A stretch of DNA of 64,000 nucleotides from Dehalococcoidia bacterium (GCA_050011565.1 JBEKIW010000004.1:64001-128000), one strand, 5' to 3'. Positions 39,059-48,424 are shown, counted from the first letter of the stretch. Made by a program: numbers and translations. The notes: generated by a model not told the origin, from the sequence alone.

Positions 39059-40768
39059 CTACTCCTCTCTCAGCTCACGACGAGATACTTTGCCGACATC
39101 TGTTTTAGGCACCTCGCCTCTGAACTCGACGATTGTGGGACACTTATAATCAGCTAGCCTCTCCTGGCAATATTTCATGATATCCAGCTCTGATAGCTTC
39201 CCTCTGGCTTCTGTCTCGAGGACAACTACTGCTTTTACTTTCTCTCCAACCTCGGGGTCGGGAACTCCGATTACACCCGTCTCCTTGATTTGAGGATGAG
39301 CCGCCAGGACTTCTTCTACCTCCCTGGCATATACAATCTTGCCCTTGTGCTTAATCATATCACGTTTTCTGTCGTAGAAAAAGAAATAGCCGTCTTGATC
39401 CATTCTGCACAAGTCGCCGGTACGAAGCCAGATTTCACCGTCTATATTGACAAATGTTTCACTGGTTGCCTCCGGGTTTTTCCAGTATCCTTTGGCTACT
39501 TGTGGACCCTTTATTATAAGCTCGCCTATCTCGCCAACAGAAAGAAAATTGTTGCTATCGGGGTCGACTATGGCAGCCACGGTATTAGGTAGAGGTACAC
39601 CGAAAGAGCCGACTTTTGTTTTGCCGAATGGGTTGACAATTCCCACAGAAGTTGTTTCAGTCATCCCCCAGCCCTCGTGGATTTTGGAGCCCGTCCTTTT
39701 CTCCCAGCCTTTAGCCGTGTCCTCAAGTAGGATGTCGGCGCCGGAGATAAGAACTTTGACGCGCTTCCAATTGACTCTGTCGGTGCGGTGGTAATCTCGA
39801 AGATATTCATATAAGGCCGCCACGCTGTAGAAAATAGTTGCATGGTAAGTTTCCATGGCGTTGAGTAAGTCGTCAAGGTCGATGGTGGTGAATATCACCA
39901 GGGTGTATCCCTGCGCCAGACCACCCGCCACCAACACCGCCTGGCCATAGATATGATAGAAGGGCAAATAAGCTAAAATGGTTTCCTTGCCTTCTTGCGT
40001 AACATCGCCCCAGAAATTTGCGGCTATATGTTCGGATACGTTAATGTTTTCGTGGGTTATCATAACACCTTTGGGTAGTCCCGTTGTCCCTCCGGTGTAG
40101 GGAAGAGTTACCAGGTCCTCCTTATTGTTGAATTCGATTTTCGGTGGATTGGGTGGATATTTCTTAATCAAGTCTTTGAATAGATAGAATCCCTCTCTAT
40201 GGTAGAGCTCGGCAGGCGGTGCTGCCATCTTCTGGTAGACGGCACGGAGTACGCTGCTGCCCATGAACCTTTTCAGCCACGGTATATAATCGGCGATATT
40301 TACCAGGATGACCTTATCCAGCTTGACTTCTGCCCGTTCGACGTTATCATAGAGATTATCCTGGCAGATAATTATGGTGGCGCCGCTGTCTTCAATTTGA
40401 TGTTTGATTTCGGGGCTGACATAGAAAGGACTGATGGCAGTTAAAATGGCTCCAGCCTTTAAAGCTCCGAAAAAGGCTATGATGAACTGGGGTGAGTTCA
40501 GAAGTAGTAAAGCGACTCTATCCCCCTTTTTAACTCCTAAGTCCTGGAGAGCTGTGGCGAATCTATCGACATGGTCTCTTAGCTCGCGGTAGCTCATCTT
40601 CCTGCCATAGAATATTACGGCAGTTCTATCCTTCCATTTGTCTGTGGCTTCGTTAAAGATGTCAACTGCGGACTTATCCGCCATTTTTATGTCCGCCGGC
40701 ACCTCCGGGAGATAGAACTTCAGCCACGGTCTGGATTCGTATATTGCCTTGTTGGTATCGGCCGCCAT
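39059..40768 (-). CDS. Long-chain-fatty-acid--CoA ligase
   Basis: YTGGTTGLPKG, GWGMTE and TGDL motifs; SD GGAGGAGG before the ATG at 40768. Confidence 0.9.
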   Translation of the reverse strand: MAADTNKAIYESRPWLKFYLPEVPADIKMADKSAVDIFNEATDKWKDRTAVIFYGRKMSYRELRDHVDRFATALQDLGVKKGDRVALLLLNSPQFIIAFFGALKAGAILTAISPFYVSPEIKHQIEDSGATIIICQDNLYDNVERAEVKLDKVILVNIADYIPWLKRFMGSSVLRAVYQKMAAPPAELYHREGFYLFKDLIKKYPPNPPKIEFNNKEDLVTLPYTGGTTGLPKGVMITHENINVSEHIAANFWGDVTQEGKETILAYLPFYHIYGQAVLVAGGLAQGYTLVIFTTIDLDDLLNAMETYHATIFYSVAALYEYLRDYHRTDRVNWKRVKVLISGADILLEDTAKGWEKRTGSKIHEGWGMTETTSVGIVNPFGKTKVGSFGVPLPNTVAAIVDPDSNNFLSVGEIGELIIKGPQVAKGYWKNPEATSETFVNIDGEIWLRTGDLCRMDQDGYFFFYDRKRDMIKHKGKIVYAREVEEVLAAHPQIKETGVIGVPDPEVGEKVKAVVVLETEARGKLSELDIMKYCQERLADYKCPTIVEFRGEVPKTDVGKVSRRELREE

Positions 40769-41052
40769 TATGTCACCTCCTCCTTTATTTGGAGCAAAGT
40801 ATAGCACAGTGTTTGTATTTTGCCAATGTGACTGAGATGTTTGGTGGTTATATTAAAGTACGAACGAAATATACGCAGGATTGAGTTTTGCGAATTTAAC
40901 AGCGTTCGCCCTGGTACTTTCATAACAGCACCAAATTCTAAGCTAGAGCAGATTGTTGCCCATTTCTTTTGTTCGGTTGATAGGCTCTTTGCCGGCATCT
41001 AAGGCAGGCTTGTGAAAGGCTACATCAGTATCGCTTCAATGTCAAGCCGGTT

Positions 41053-42885
41053 TTACAGCTCGTCCTCTCTCAATTCCCGCCTAGATACTTTGCCGACATC
41101 TGTCTTTGGCACTTCACCCCTGAACTCTACGATTCTGGGACATTTATAGTGCGCCATATGTTCCGCGCAATATTTCATGATTTCTTCTTCGGAGACTTTG
41201 CCTCTGGCGTCCGTCTCGAGGACGACGATGGCTTTGACTTTCTCTCCGACGTTTTTGTCGGGAACCCCGATTACACCCGCCTCTTTGACCAGTGGATGCG
41301 CTTTCAGTACCTCCTCCACCTCCCTGGCGAATACCGCCAGGCCCTTATATTTAATCATGTCACGTTTTCTATCGTAGAAAAAGAAATAGCCTTCTTTGTC
41401 CATTCTGGCCAGGTCGCCGGTTCGAAGCCATGTTTCGCCGCCGATTTTGACGAACATTTTCTTCGTCTCTTCCGGATTATGCCAGTATCCTGGGGATATT
41501 TGTGGACCCCTGACGGCAAGCTCGCCTATCTCGCCAACAGGCAGAAATTTGGTGCTTTCAGGACTGAGTATTCCAGCTACTGTGTTACACATGGGGACGC
41601 CGAAAGAACCGACCTTCGGCCTGCCGTATGGACTACCCATTCCAATAGAGCTAGTCTCAGTCATACCCCAGCCCTCATGTATTTTAGTATTTGTCCGTTT
41701 CTCCCAACCTATCGCCGTATCTTCAAGAAGGGCATCGGCGCCGGAGACGAGAACTTTGAGGCGCTTCCAGTTAATTCTGTCCGTACGTTGATAATCTCTG
41801 AGGTACTCATACAAAGACGGGACGCTGAAGAAAATAGTTGCCTTGTAGCTTTCGATGGCATTTAAGATGTCGTCGAGGTCGGGGGTGGTGAATATCACCA
41901 GGGTGTAGCCCTGAGCCAGACCACCCAACATAATCACTGCCTGACCGTAGATATGGTAAAAGGGCAAATATGCCAGTATGGTCTCTTTGCCTTCCTGGAC
42001 AATATTTCCCCAGAACTCTGAGCCTATGTACCTGGCTGCAGTGATATTATAGTGGGTTATCATAGCTCCTTTGGGAAGTCCTGTTGTGCCGCCGGTATAG
42101 GGCAGGGTTACCAGGTCCTCATGAATATTGAACTTGATTTTTGGCGGCTTGGGCGGATATTTCTTAATCAAGTCCTGTAATTGATAAATTCCTTCTCTTT
42201 CATATATCTCAGAAGGTGGTGCTGCCATCTTCTGGTATACAGCCCTGAGTATGCTGCTGCCCAGGAACTTTTTTAGCCCGGGTAAATATTCTGCAATACT
42301 GGTCAGGATAACCTTATCCAGTTTGACTCCTGACCGTTCCACATTTTCATAAAGTATATCCTGGCAGACGATTATCCGGGCGCCGCTGTCTTCAATTTGA
42401 TGTTTGATTTCGGGACTAACATAAACAGGACTGATGGCAGTCAGTATAGCTCCAGCCTTCAGGGCGCCGAAATAGGCTATGATGAATTGAGGTGAGTTCA
42501 GGAGCAGTAAAGCAACCCTATCACCTTTTTTGACTCCCAGGTCCTGCAAGGCTGTGGCGAATCTATCGACGTGGTCTCTTAATTCGCGGTAGCTTATTTT
42601 TCTACCGTAGAATATTACGGCGGTCCTATCCTTCCATTTAGTTGTAGCTTCATCGAAGGTTTCGACTGCGGATTTTTCCGGTATTTTGACATCCGCGGGC
42701 ACCTCTTTGAGGTAAAACTTCAGCCATGGTCTTTTTTCATATATTGCCTTGTTTGGGTCAGCCTTTGGAGCAGCTTTCTTTACTTGAGCTTTCTTTAGTT
42801 GAGCTTTCTTTAGTTGAGCTTTCTTTAGTTGAGCTTTCTTTGGGTGAGCCTTCTTTGGGTGGGACTTCTTTGGGTGAGCCTTCAT
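41053..42885 (-). CDS. Long-chain-fatty-acid--CoA ligase with a Lys-rich repeat N-terminus
   Basis: Same motifs as the adjacent paralogue; SD GGAGGAG before the ATG at 42885. Confidence 0.9.
   Translation of the reverse strand: MKAHPKKSHPKKAHPKKAQLKKAQLKKAQLKKAQVKKAAPKADPNKAIYEKRPWLKFYLKEVPADVKIPEKSAVETFDEATTKWKDRTAVIFYGRKISYRELRDHVDRFATALQDLGVKKGDRVALLLLNSPQFIIAYFGALKAGAILTAISPVYVSPEIKHQIEDSGARIIVCQDILYENVERSGVKLDKVILTSIAEYLPGLKKFLGSSILRAVYQKMAAPPSEIYEREGIYQLQDLIKKYPPKPPKIKFNIHEDLVTLPYTGGTTGLPKGAMITHYNITAARYIGSEFWGNIVQEGKETILAYLPFYHIYGQAVIMLGGLAQGYTLVIFTTPDLDDILNAIESYKATIFFSVPSLYEYLRDYQRTDRINWKRLKVLVSGADALLEDTAIGWEKRTNTKIHEGWGMTETSSIGMGSPYGRPKVGSFGVPMCNTVAGILSPESTKFLPVGEIGELAVRGPQISPGYWHNPEETKKMFVKIGGETWLRTGDLARMDKEGYFFFYDRKRDMIKYKGLAVFAREVEEVLKAHPLVKEAGVIGVPDKNVGEKVKAIVVLETDARGKVSEEEIMKYCAEHMAHYKCPRIVEFRGEVPKTDVGKVSRRELREDEL
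42766..42882 (-). repeat. 15-bp tandem repeat, ~8 units, encoding KKAQL/KKAHP
   Basis: TAGTTGAGCTTTCTT x3 exact plus variants on the plus strand. Confidence 0.9.
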
Positions 42886-43132
42886 TGTGTCGTCTCCTCC
42901 TAATTTGCTAAGCGTCAAGTATAACACATTATACTCGTATTTTGCTACTGTGTATGAAGTGCTGGTTATGCTGTTTTTAAGTCCGGAATATCCGGTTTAT
43001 TGCCACGCAGGCTCTGGAATTGATAAAATACGCTACTATAGATGATTGCGGCTTAAATTAGCAGGTAATACCTGGCGCCGTTCACAATATAATCAGATGG
43101 GTTCGTCAAACATTAACCACAAGGAGGCTCGA

Positions 43133-43630
43133 GTGAGAAACAATAAAAAACATTGGTTTCTGCTTTTGGGACTTATCGTCCTGCTGCTCAGTTCTGTCGT
43201 CGGTTGTGGTCAGCCGGGATTCACGGCATATACCAATGATTTGGGAGGGTATAGTATTAGTTATCCGCTCAGTTGGAAGGGCGAGGTTTCTAAAGACGGG
43301 ACAACATTCCTAATAGCATCTCCGACCCGCGTGGCTTCGGTCATGATATATGTAGCAGATTCCATGTCAGCTCAAACTGCTGCCCAACGTTGGCTTATGT
43401 CATTGGGAACACATTGGTCTGAAATAGCTCAAATAGAAAATAAACCAATGGAAGGCTTCTGGAACTGGTATGTTTCATATGACTATAATGCGGATACTGG
43501 CCCGTTTCACGGAGAGGCTTACTTCAAGAGCACTGCAGACCACCTCTATAGATTGGATACGGCAGCAGATTCGGCTGGATACAAGAATTATCCCTTCTCT
43601 ATGATAATCTCATCATTTAAGCTGAAGTGA
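43133..43630 (+). CDS. PsbP-like lipoprotein
   Basis: SD AAGGAGG, GTG start at 43133, lipobox VVGC, YTNDLGGYSISYPLSW, C-terminal IISSFKL. Confidence 0.7.
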   Translation: MRNNKKHWFLLLGLIVLLLSSVVGCGQPGFTAYTNDLGGYSISYPLSWKGEVSKDGTTFLIASPTRVASVMIYVADSMSAQTAAQRWLMSLGTHWSEIAQIENKPMEGFWNWYVSYDYNADTGPFHGEAYFKSTADHLYRLDTAADSAGYKNYPFSMIISSFKLK

Positions 43631-43753
43631 TTCATTCCGCTATAAATCACTCAGTCTAAATTTAACGGCCGCTATACATCCTCTTTAGATAGGGCTTCAC
43701 CTTATCAAGGTAACCAGCCATTTCTATAGGCTTCCGGTGACCGTCTATAACCC

Positions 43754-43808
43754 AATCTTCACCTAATTTTCACGCAATATTTGTATTTTCTTCGTCGTAT
43801 TTTCACAT
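43754..43808 (+). promoter_or_regulatory. 11-bp-period direct repeats (OmpR/PhoB-type box) upstream of the CBS gene
   Basis: AATCTTCACCT AATTTTCACGC AATATTTGTAT TTTCTTCGTCG TATTTTCACAT. Confidence 0.5.
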
Positions 43809-43872
43809 TTGTCTGTTATGCTATATAGTCAAAGGTCGAAAAGTTAAAGTAGAAAAGAATAAGGAGGCAGCC

Positions 43873-44316
43873 ATGTTGATACGTGACATAATGACAACTA
43901 ACGTAGTCTCGATTCCAAGCACTACTTCGTTAGCTGATGCCAGGAGAATAATGGATGTCCACGGGGTGAAGCATTTGCCGGTAATAGATAAGGAAAAACT
44001 GGTAGGCATGGTCACCCTGAATGCGCTGGACAAAGCAGGACCCTCTGCCATAACCACTTTCAGCAAGCAAGAGCTTAATTACCTGTTAAACAGGTTGACT
44101 GTCAAGGAAGTCATGAGCAGGGACCTGATCACCATTTCTCCAGATGACACCGTTGTGGAAGCAGTGGCTTTAGCCCGACTGAATAAGTCGAGGTTATTGC
44201 TGGCCATGGAGGACGGTCACCTGGTAGGGATAGTTACTACCAGCGATTTCTTCTATAACGTGCTTGACCGAATACTGGGTATAGGCCAGACCGATGCCAT
44301 GGTTTTAGCGCACTAA
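43873..44316 (+). CDS. CBS-pair protein (AcuB-like, no ACT domain)
   Basis: IRDIMT, HLPVID..KLVGMVT, AGPSAIT, TVKEVM and LVGIVT motifs. Confidence 0.85.
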   Translation: MLIRDIMTTNVVSIPSTTSLADARRIMDVHGVKHLPVIDKEKLVGMVTLNALDKAGPSAITTFSKQELNYLLNRLTVKEVMSRDLITISPDDTVVEAVALARLNKSRLLLAMEDGHLVGIVTTSDFFYNVLDRILGIGQTDAMVLAH

Positions 44317-44333
44317 GTCAAAGGGGAGAGCTG

Positions 44334-44384
44334 AAATAGAAGGCGGATATCTGGTTTCGATGTCAGGTATCCGCCGCTATTTTT
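44334..44384 (+). terminator. Rho-independent terminator
   Basis: GGCGGATATCTGG...TCAGGTATCCGCC followed by TTTTT. Confidence 0.7.
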
Positions 44385-44421
44385 GTGCGAGCACGGATAC
44401 CAGCCGCCTTTCCTAAAAGAC

Positions 44422-44455
44422 GAGAAACCAGCGCTGGTCACGACGCTGGTTTCTC
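44422..44455 (-). terminator. Terminator hairpin, probably minus-strand or bidirectional
   Basis: GAGAAACCAGCG-10 nt-CGCTGGTTTCTC; followed by TCTTTT on the minus strand and TGTTT on the plus strand. Confidence 0.65.
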
Positions 44456-44547
44456 TGTTTGGTTAAGGGGGCGATGACTCGCCTAATTAGTACAACGTAA
44501 TAAATCGACGAAAGTTTAGGCCGGCTACGGTTGAGGTTCAGAAAAAT

Positions 44548-44631
44548 TTATAACTGCTTTGGGATAATCATTTGTTCAGACCGCGAGCCACGAGCTCCCG
44601 GGAGAACACCCTTCCAGAACGCTCCTGGCAT
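44548..44631 (-). CDS. Putative 27-aa small protein MPGAFWKGVLPGARGSRSEQMIIPKQL
   Basis: Very strong SD AGGAGGTGA just upstream of the ATG; upstream TATGAT; downstream terminator. Confidence 0.4.
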   Translation of the reverse strand: MPGAFWKGVLPGARGSRSEQMIIPKQL

Positions 44632-44816
44632 GGCTCACCTCCTGTGACGTTAAGGTTCCCCTGAGAAATAAGATATCATACAAGCCCGCCAATAGCCATA
44701 GTGGGTTATATAATTGTCCGTTCGCTACTGCTAATGCCATTGCCCAAAATATACTTTAAAGACTATATATTTGTGTTGATTACGAGTCATAGAGAGTAAT
44801 TAAAGTTTGTTAGTAA

Positions 44817-45659
44817 AAATGGGTTAGTTCATTTGTAGAACTCTATTATTTCTCCTCTCCTAGGTTAATCTTTAGAGAAATTACTGATGAGCCACCCCAT
44901 CGTCTGTTGGCGACTTACGTAACTGAAACATTTGTACACAACCCAAGTGTTCTAAACGCCTGTTTTATAGAAACAGATTATTCTCACCTTTACTTCCTTG
45001 CATTGATAAACTCGTCACTTTTGTCTGAATATTTTTATCGAACAAGTCCAAAGTCGGGCAAGGGACTATTTCCGAAAGTATTAGTCGAAGACATTAGGAG
45101 ATTTCCCATACGCCGCGTCTCCTTTACCACACTTCGTGAACGGCGTGAGGCATTGGTCGGTCAAGGCCGCCAGCTTTACGAGGTAGATCCGTCAAGCGTA
45201 GTCGCGTTCGTGGAAGAGCGTCTTTCCGCTCAACCGGAAGAATCAGATGTGGTGCATGACCTGCTGGCTTTCCTGGCGGAGGAGATGATACGGCTCAACA
45301 AAGAGAAGCAGTCCAGGATTAAAGTGTTTTTATCCTGGCTTGAGAAGGAGATACTGAAAGGCTCCGTTGAAGACCAGAAGAACAAGACAAAGATAAAGGA
45401 CTTCTATAACAATACCTTTGAGGATTTGCTGGATGTGCTTAAGAAAAATAAGATTATCCCGGACCCGTGCCCGTCCAACATACGGGACATTATAGCCAGT
45501 GAATTTTCGGCGGCTGTGAATGCCCTTACTCCACTAAAGACTCGAATCAAAGTAACCGATGACCTCATTGACCAGATAGTCTATAGACTCTACAGCCTTA
45601 CCGATGATGAAATATCCATCGTGGAAGGCAGTATTACCACGACAACTCGAACAAAATGA
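44817..45659 (+). pseudogene. 5'-truncated type IIG-like restriction-modification gene (TaqI_C-like target-recognition/C-terminal part)
   Basis: Frame open from 44817 with no SD or proper start: FSSPRLIFREI..LLATY, FLALINS.L, FPKV, IRRFPI, and the IDQIVYRLYSLTDDEI tail. No MTase motifs. Confidence 0.75.
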
Positions 45660-45665
45660 GTTTGT

Positions 45666-45723
45666 GAGATTGCCACGTCGCTACACTCCTCGCAATGACA
45701 TGGGGAGAGAGTTCGCAATGACA
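45666..45723. repeat. REP-like palindromic element (GAGATTGC...CTCGCAATGAC family) plus a partial second copy
   Basis: GAGATTGCCACGTCGCTACACTCCTCGCAATGACA ... TCGCAATGACA. Confidence 0.65.
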
Positions 45724-45762
45724 GGTTAGGGCTTGGCGGTTATTTACCGGCAGGTTAGTAAA

Positions 45763-46911
45763 TCAGATTTTGGAGAACAACCTTCCCAACAAGGGACTTT
45801 CTATTAGAATGGCTCCATCGGGGCAGGTTTCCTGACAGCAGTAGCAGCGGATACAGCGGTCGTAGTTGTGCCTGGGCGGCTGGGACCTGTCACCTTCATA
45901 CCAATCGACGGCTTTGGGGTGGACGGGACACATCTTAACGCAGATACCGCATAGGTCACACCTGGCTTTATCGATAACGGGCCTCTGGGTTATTCTGTTT
46001 TTGATGAAGGTACTGAACCGGCCGCCGGTACTATGGGCTGGAGGCGTTCGGTTTACCTCAAAGCTGGGGTCGAAAAAGGAATCTATGTCTCCGCCTGTCA
46101 GCTCAATATTCTCAGCGTGGTATGTTCCCAGCTTGGCTGCTTCACCCGGCTGGCTGGTGGGTACGATGGCGGGATTAAGGTTAATAATACGGCAGGCTGT
46201 GGCATCCAGGGCTATGGGGTCGCTGGAGAATAACAGGACATTTAACTGCTTCGGCTTGCCGCTCCTGGGACCGTTACCCTCCATGGCTGTAATCCCATCC
46301 AAAATGTAAAGGCGTGGCTTTATAAGCGTATTCAAATCAACCAGCATGGTGGCGAAATCGTAGGGGTCAGGCAGTTTAACGTGGTACTGGCTCTTGAGCA
46401 GGCCAGGGATGCAGCCGAATTGATTCTTTACGGCTCCGGTAAATAGCGTAAGGCCGTGCGTTTTGAGCCGGGGCAAGCTTACCAGGCCGTCAGCCTCCAG
46501 CACGCCATTGGCAATGACGAATTTCTTGACCAGCAGGGCATTCTTATGGCTGACCGACTTCCCGGAATCGAAATCGGCTAATTTGAGCTCCAGCTCGTCA
46601 CCAACCTGCTTCAAGCCGGCTCGTCTGATATTGGGCTCGCATTTGCCGAAGGCCGGGGAGTCGCCATAAGACACGACGGCGCCGGCTTCTTTGAAGAGGC
46701 CGGCTACGGCTCTGAATACGGCAGTATGCGTGGTCACGCCGTTATTGGGACTGGTGCCAATCAATACATTGGGTTTCAGTACGATTCTGTCACCGGATTT
46801 GACGAAGGCGGAGACGCCACCGAGCAGGTCGAGCCCGGCTCGAACGGCTGTCAACACCTCATTACTATCGTAGGAAACGCATTTAACGAGCGCGACTTTT
46901 GATTTATTCAT
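45763..46911 (-). CDS. DUF362 domain protein with C-terminal 2x[4Fe-4S] ferredoxin
   Basis: VLKPN, LKTH..T.FTGAVKN and MEGNGP motifs; CDLCGICVKMCP and CIRCYCCQETCP. Confidence 0.9.
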   Translation of the reverse strand: MNKSKVALVKCVSYDSNEVLTAVRAGLDLLGGVSAFVKSGDRIVLKPNVLIGTSPNNGVTTHTAVFRAVAGLFKEAGAVVSYGDSPAFGKCEPNIRRAGLKQVGDELELKLADFDSGKSVSHKNALLVKKFVIANGVLEADGLVSLPRLKTHGLTLFTGAVKNQFGCIPGLLKSQYHVKLPDPYDFATMLVDLNTLIKPRLYILDGITAMEGNGPRSGKPKQLNVLLFSSDPIALDATACRIINLNPAIVPTSQPGEAAKLGTYHAENIELTGGDIDSFFDPSFEVNRTPPAHSTGGRFSTFIKNRITQRPVIDKARCDLCGICVKMCPVHPKAVDWYEGDRSQPPRHNYDRCIRCYCCQETCPDGAILIESPLLGRLFSKI

Positions 46912-46954
46912 GGGTGGTTCTTCCTGTCGGGTGAATGTTAAGACGATGGGGGAA

Positions 46955-46989
46955 CAAAAGTCAAAAGTTAAAAGCTAAAAGTCAAAAAT
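46955..46989. repeat. Heptamer tandem repeat x5
   Basis: CAAAAGT CAAAAGT TAAAAGC TAAAAGT CAAAAAT. Confidence 0.75.
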
Positions 46990-47020
46990 TGGGGGATAAT
47001 TTTTACGTCAGCGTGCGGAG

Positions 47021-48271
47021 TCAGGCCTGGCTGTCCTTTTTCAGGATATAGTCCCGGACAATTTTAAGAGATGCTTCAACCAGCTCCGGTTCAATAGATT
47101 CAGGGACATCATCCGGTGTGTGATACACGAGGTCCTCACCGAATTTTCCGATATCAAAGCTAATACCCGCCATATTGATGGCTTCAACGCCGAGCTTGCC
47201 GAATTCAGCGGCATCCGTGCTGCCGGCACCGAAGGGCATAGAGGCGATTCGGGCGGGATAACCCAGCGATTTAGCAGTATCCACACAATCCTGCGCCATG
47301 GCACGGGACAGCCTCACGGTTGAATTCAGGTCTTTGTCCAGAAAAGTGAGGTCTTTGAGCTTGTAAAGCGTGTCGATATTAAAGACATAGGTCTTGGTGT
47401 TCAGCAATTCTTGGCCGTGTTTATTACAGAAGGCACGCGCGCCGCGGAGCCCGGCTTCCTCGGCATCGAAAGAGGCTACTATTAAGCGGGTGTGACGCAG
47501 AGGATTTTTGCCCGCTTTTTTAGCCTGATGGAATAGCCGGGCCGTCTCGCCGGCAACGGCTACGGCAATCATGTCATCGCCGGCAGCGGGAGATACCTCT
47601 CCCGTGGTGAAGAAGGCCAGCGGCAGCTGGAAAATGCCGCCGACCATCAGGGCCACAGGTACCCAGAGTAGGATCCCGTCGGGAACAGGGACTTGAAACA
47701 AGGCCAGCACGATCCAAATCAGCGAGACGAGGAAGCCGAGCAGCAAAAACAGTATGCCGGCGTTGATTAGCCTGGCATAGTATTTCGGGGCATAAGCCAG
47801 TAGCTGAAAGACATAGGCGGCGTCATGATGGGCGCTGACCACGACCTGCTGCTTTACCTCGCCTTCAGGTTCGATAGAGCCGTAGACGTTGTAGCCGGTG
47901 GCTTTGGGGAAATAGGGGTCGAGCAATTCCCAGTAGCGGACAAACTGGGCATAAAACATGAAGATTGCCAGGCCGTAGACGACAAGCGCCGTCAGCGGGA
48001 GCCCGAAATATAATAGAACAGCGCCGGCAAAATAAAGGACGACGAGGGCGGGGATATATTTCAGGAAGCTCTTAGGGTGGACCGTGAAATCTTCCACGTG
48101 CACCGAGCCCGGGTCACAGTGCTTAATGAATTCCTGTTTTATGCGGTCGGCGGCATTTTTACAGGCTTCCGTTCCAGCCAGGCGGTTGGGGTAGTTCTGA
48201 ACGACTTCATCGGTGAAGTTGAAGACTCGACGGACGTGGGTTTTGGTTATGTTCAGGCTGCGGGTTTTCAT
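47021..48271 (-). CDS. Membrane-embedded M28-family Zn peptidase
   Basis: SAHHD, AGDD, DAEEAGL.G, NIDT and YHT motifs; four TM segments. Confidence 0.85.
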   Translation of the reverse strand: MKTRSLNITKTHVRRVFNFTDEVVQNYPNRLAGTEACKNAADRIKQEFIKHCDPGSVHVEDFTVHPKSFLKYIPALVVLYFAGAVLLYFGLPLTALVVYGLAIFMFYAQFVRYWELLDPYFPKATGYNVYGSIEPEGEVKQQVVVSAHHDAAYVFQLLAYAPKYYARLINAGILFLLLGFLVSLIWIVLALFQVPVPDGILLWVPVALMVGGIFQLPLAFFTTGEVSPAAGDDMIAVAVAGETARLFHQAKKAGKNPLRHTRLIVASFDAEEAGLRGARAFCNKHGQELLNTKTYVFNIDTLYKLKDLTFLDKDLNSTVRLSRAMAQDCVDTAKSLGYPARIASMPFGAGSTDAAEFGKLGVEAINMAGISFDIGKFGEDLVYHTPDDVPESIEPELVEASLKIVRDYILKKDSQA

Positions 48272-48321
48272 GGCGTTGTCTGCTGCCTATGTTAAGGCGC
48301 AGGTGGATGGTTGTCAACTGG

Positions 48322-48424
48322 AAATCCCCCTTTATCCCCCTTTTTCAAAGGGGGAAATAGGCTTCTCCCTTTCCTAAAGGGAGATTGAGAGGGATTTTAC
48401 CTTCTTACAAATCCCCCTTTATCC
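48322..48424. repeat. Composite palindromic MITE-like element (copy 1 plus a partial copy)
   Basis: AAATCCCCCT..TCCCCCTTT-AAAGGGGGA..TCTCCCTTT-AAAGGGAGA..AGAGGGATTT. Confidence 0.8.

Noticed and set aside
40769-43132. Longer N-termini in the ORF track (starts at 40807, 42927, 43046) and the ORF 40768..40998
   Set aside because: Strong SD sequences support the downstream starts; the extensions run through promoter DNA.
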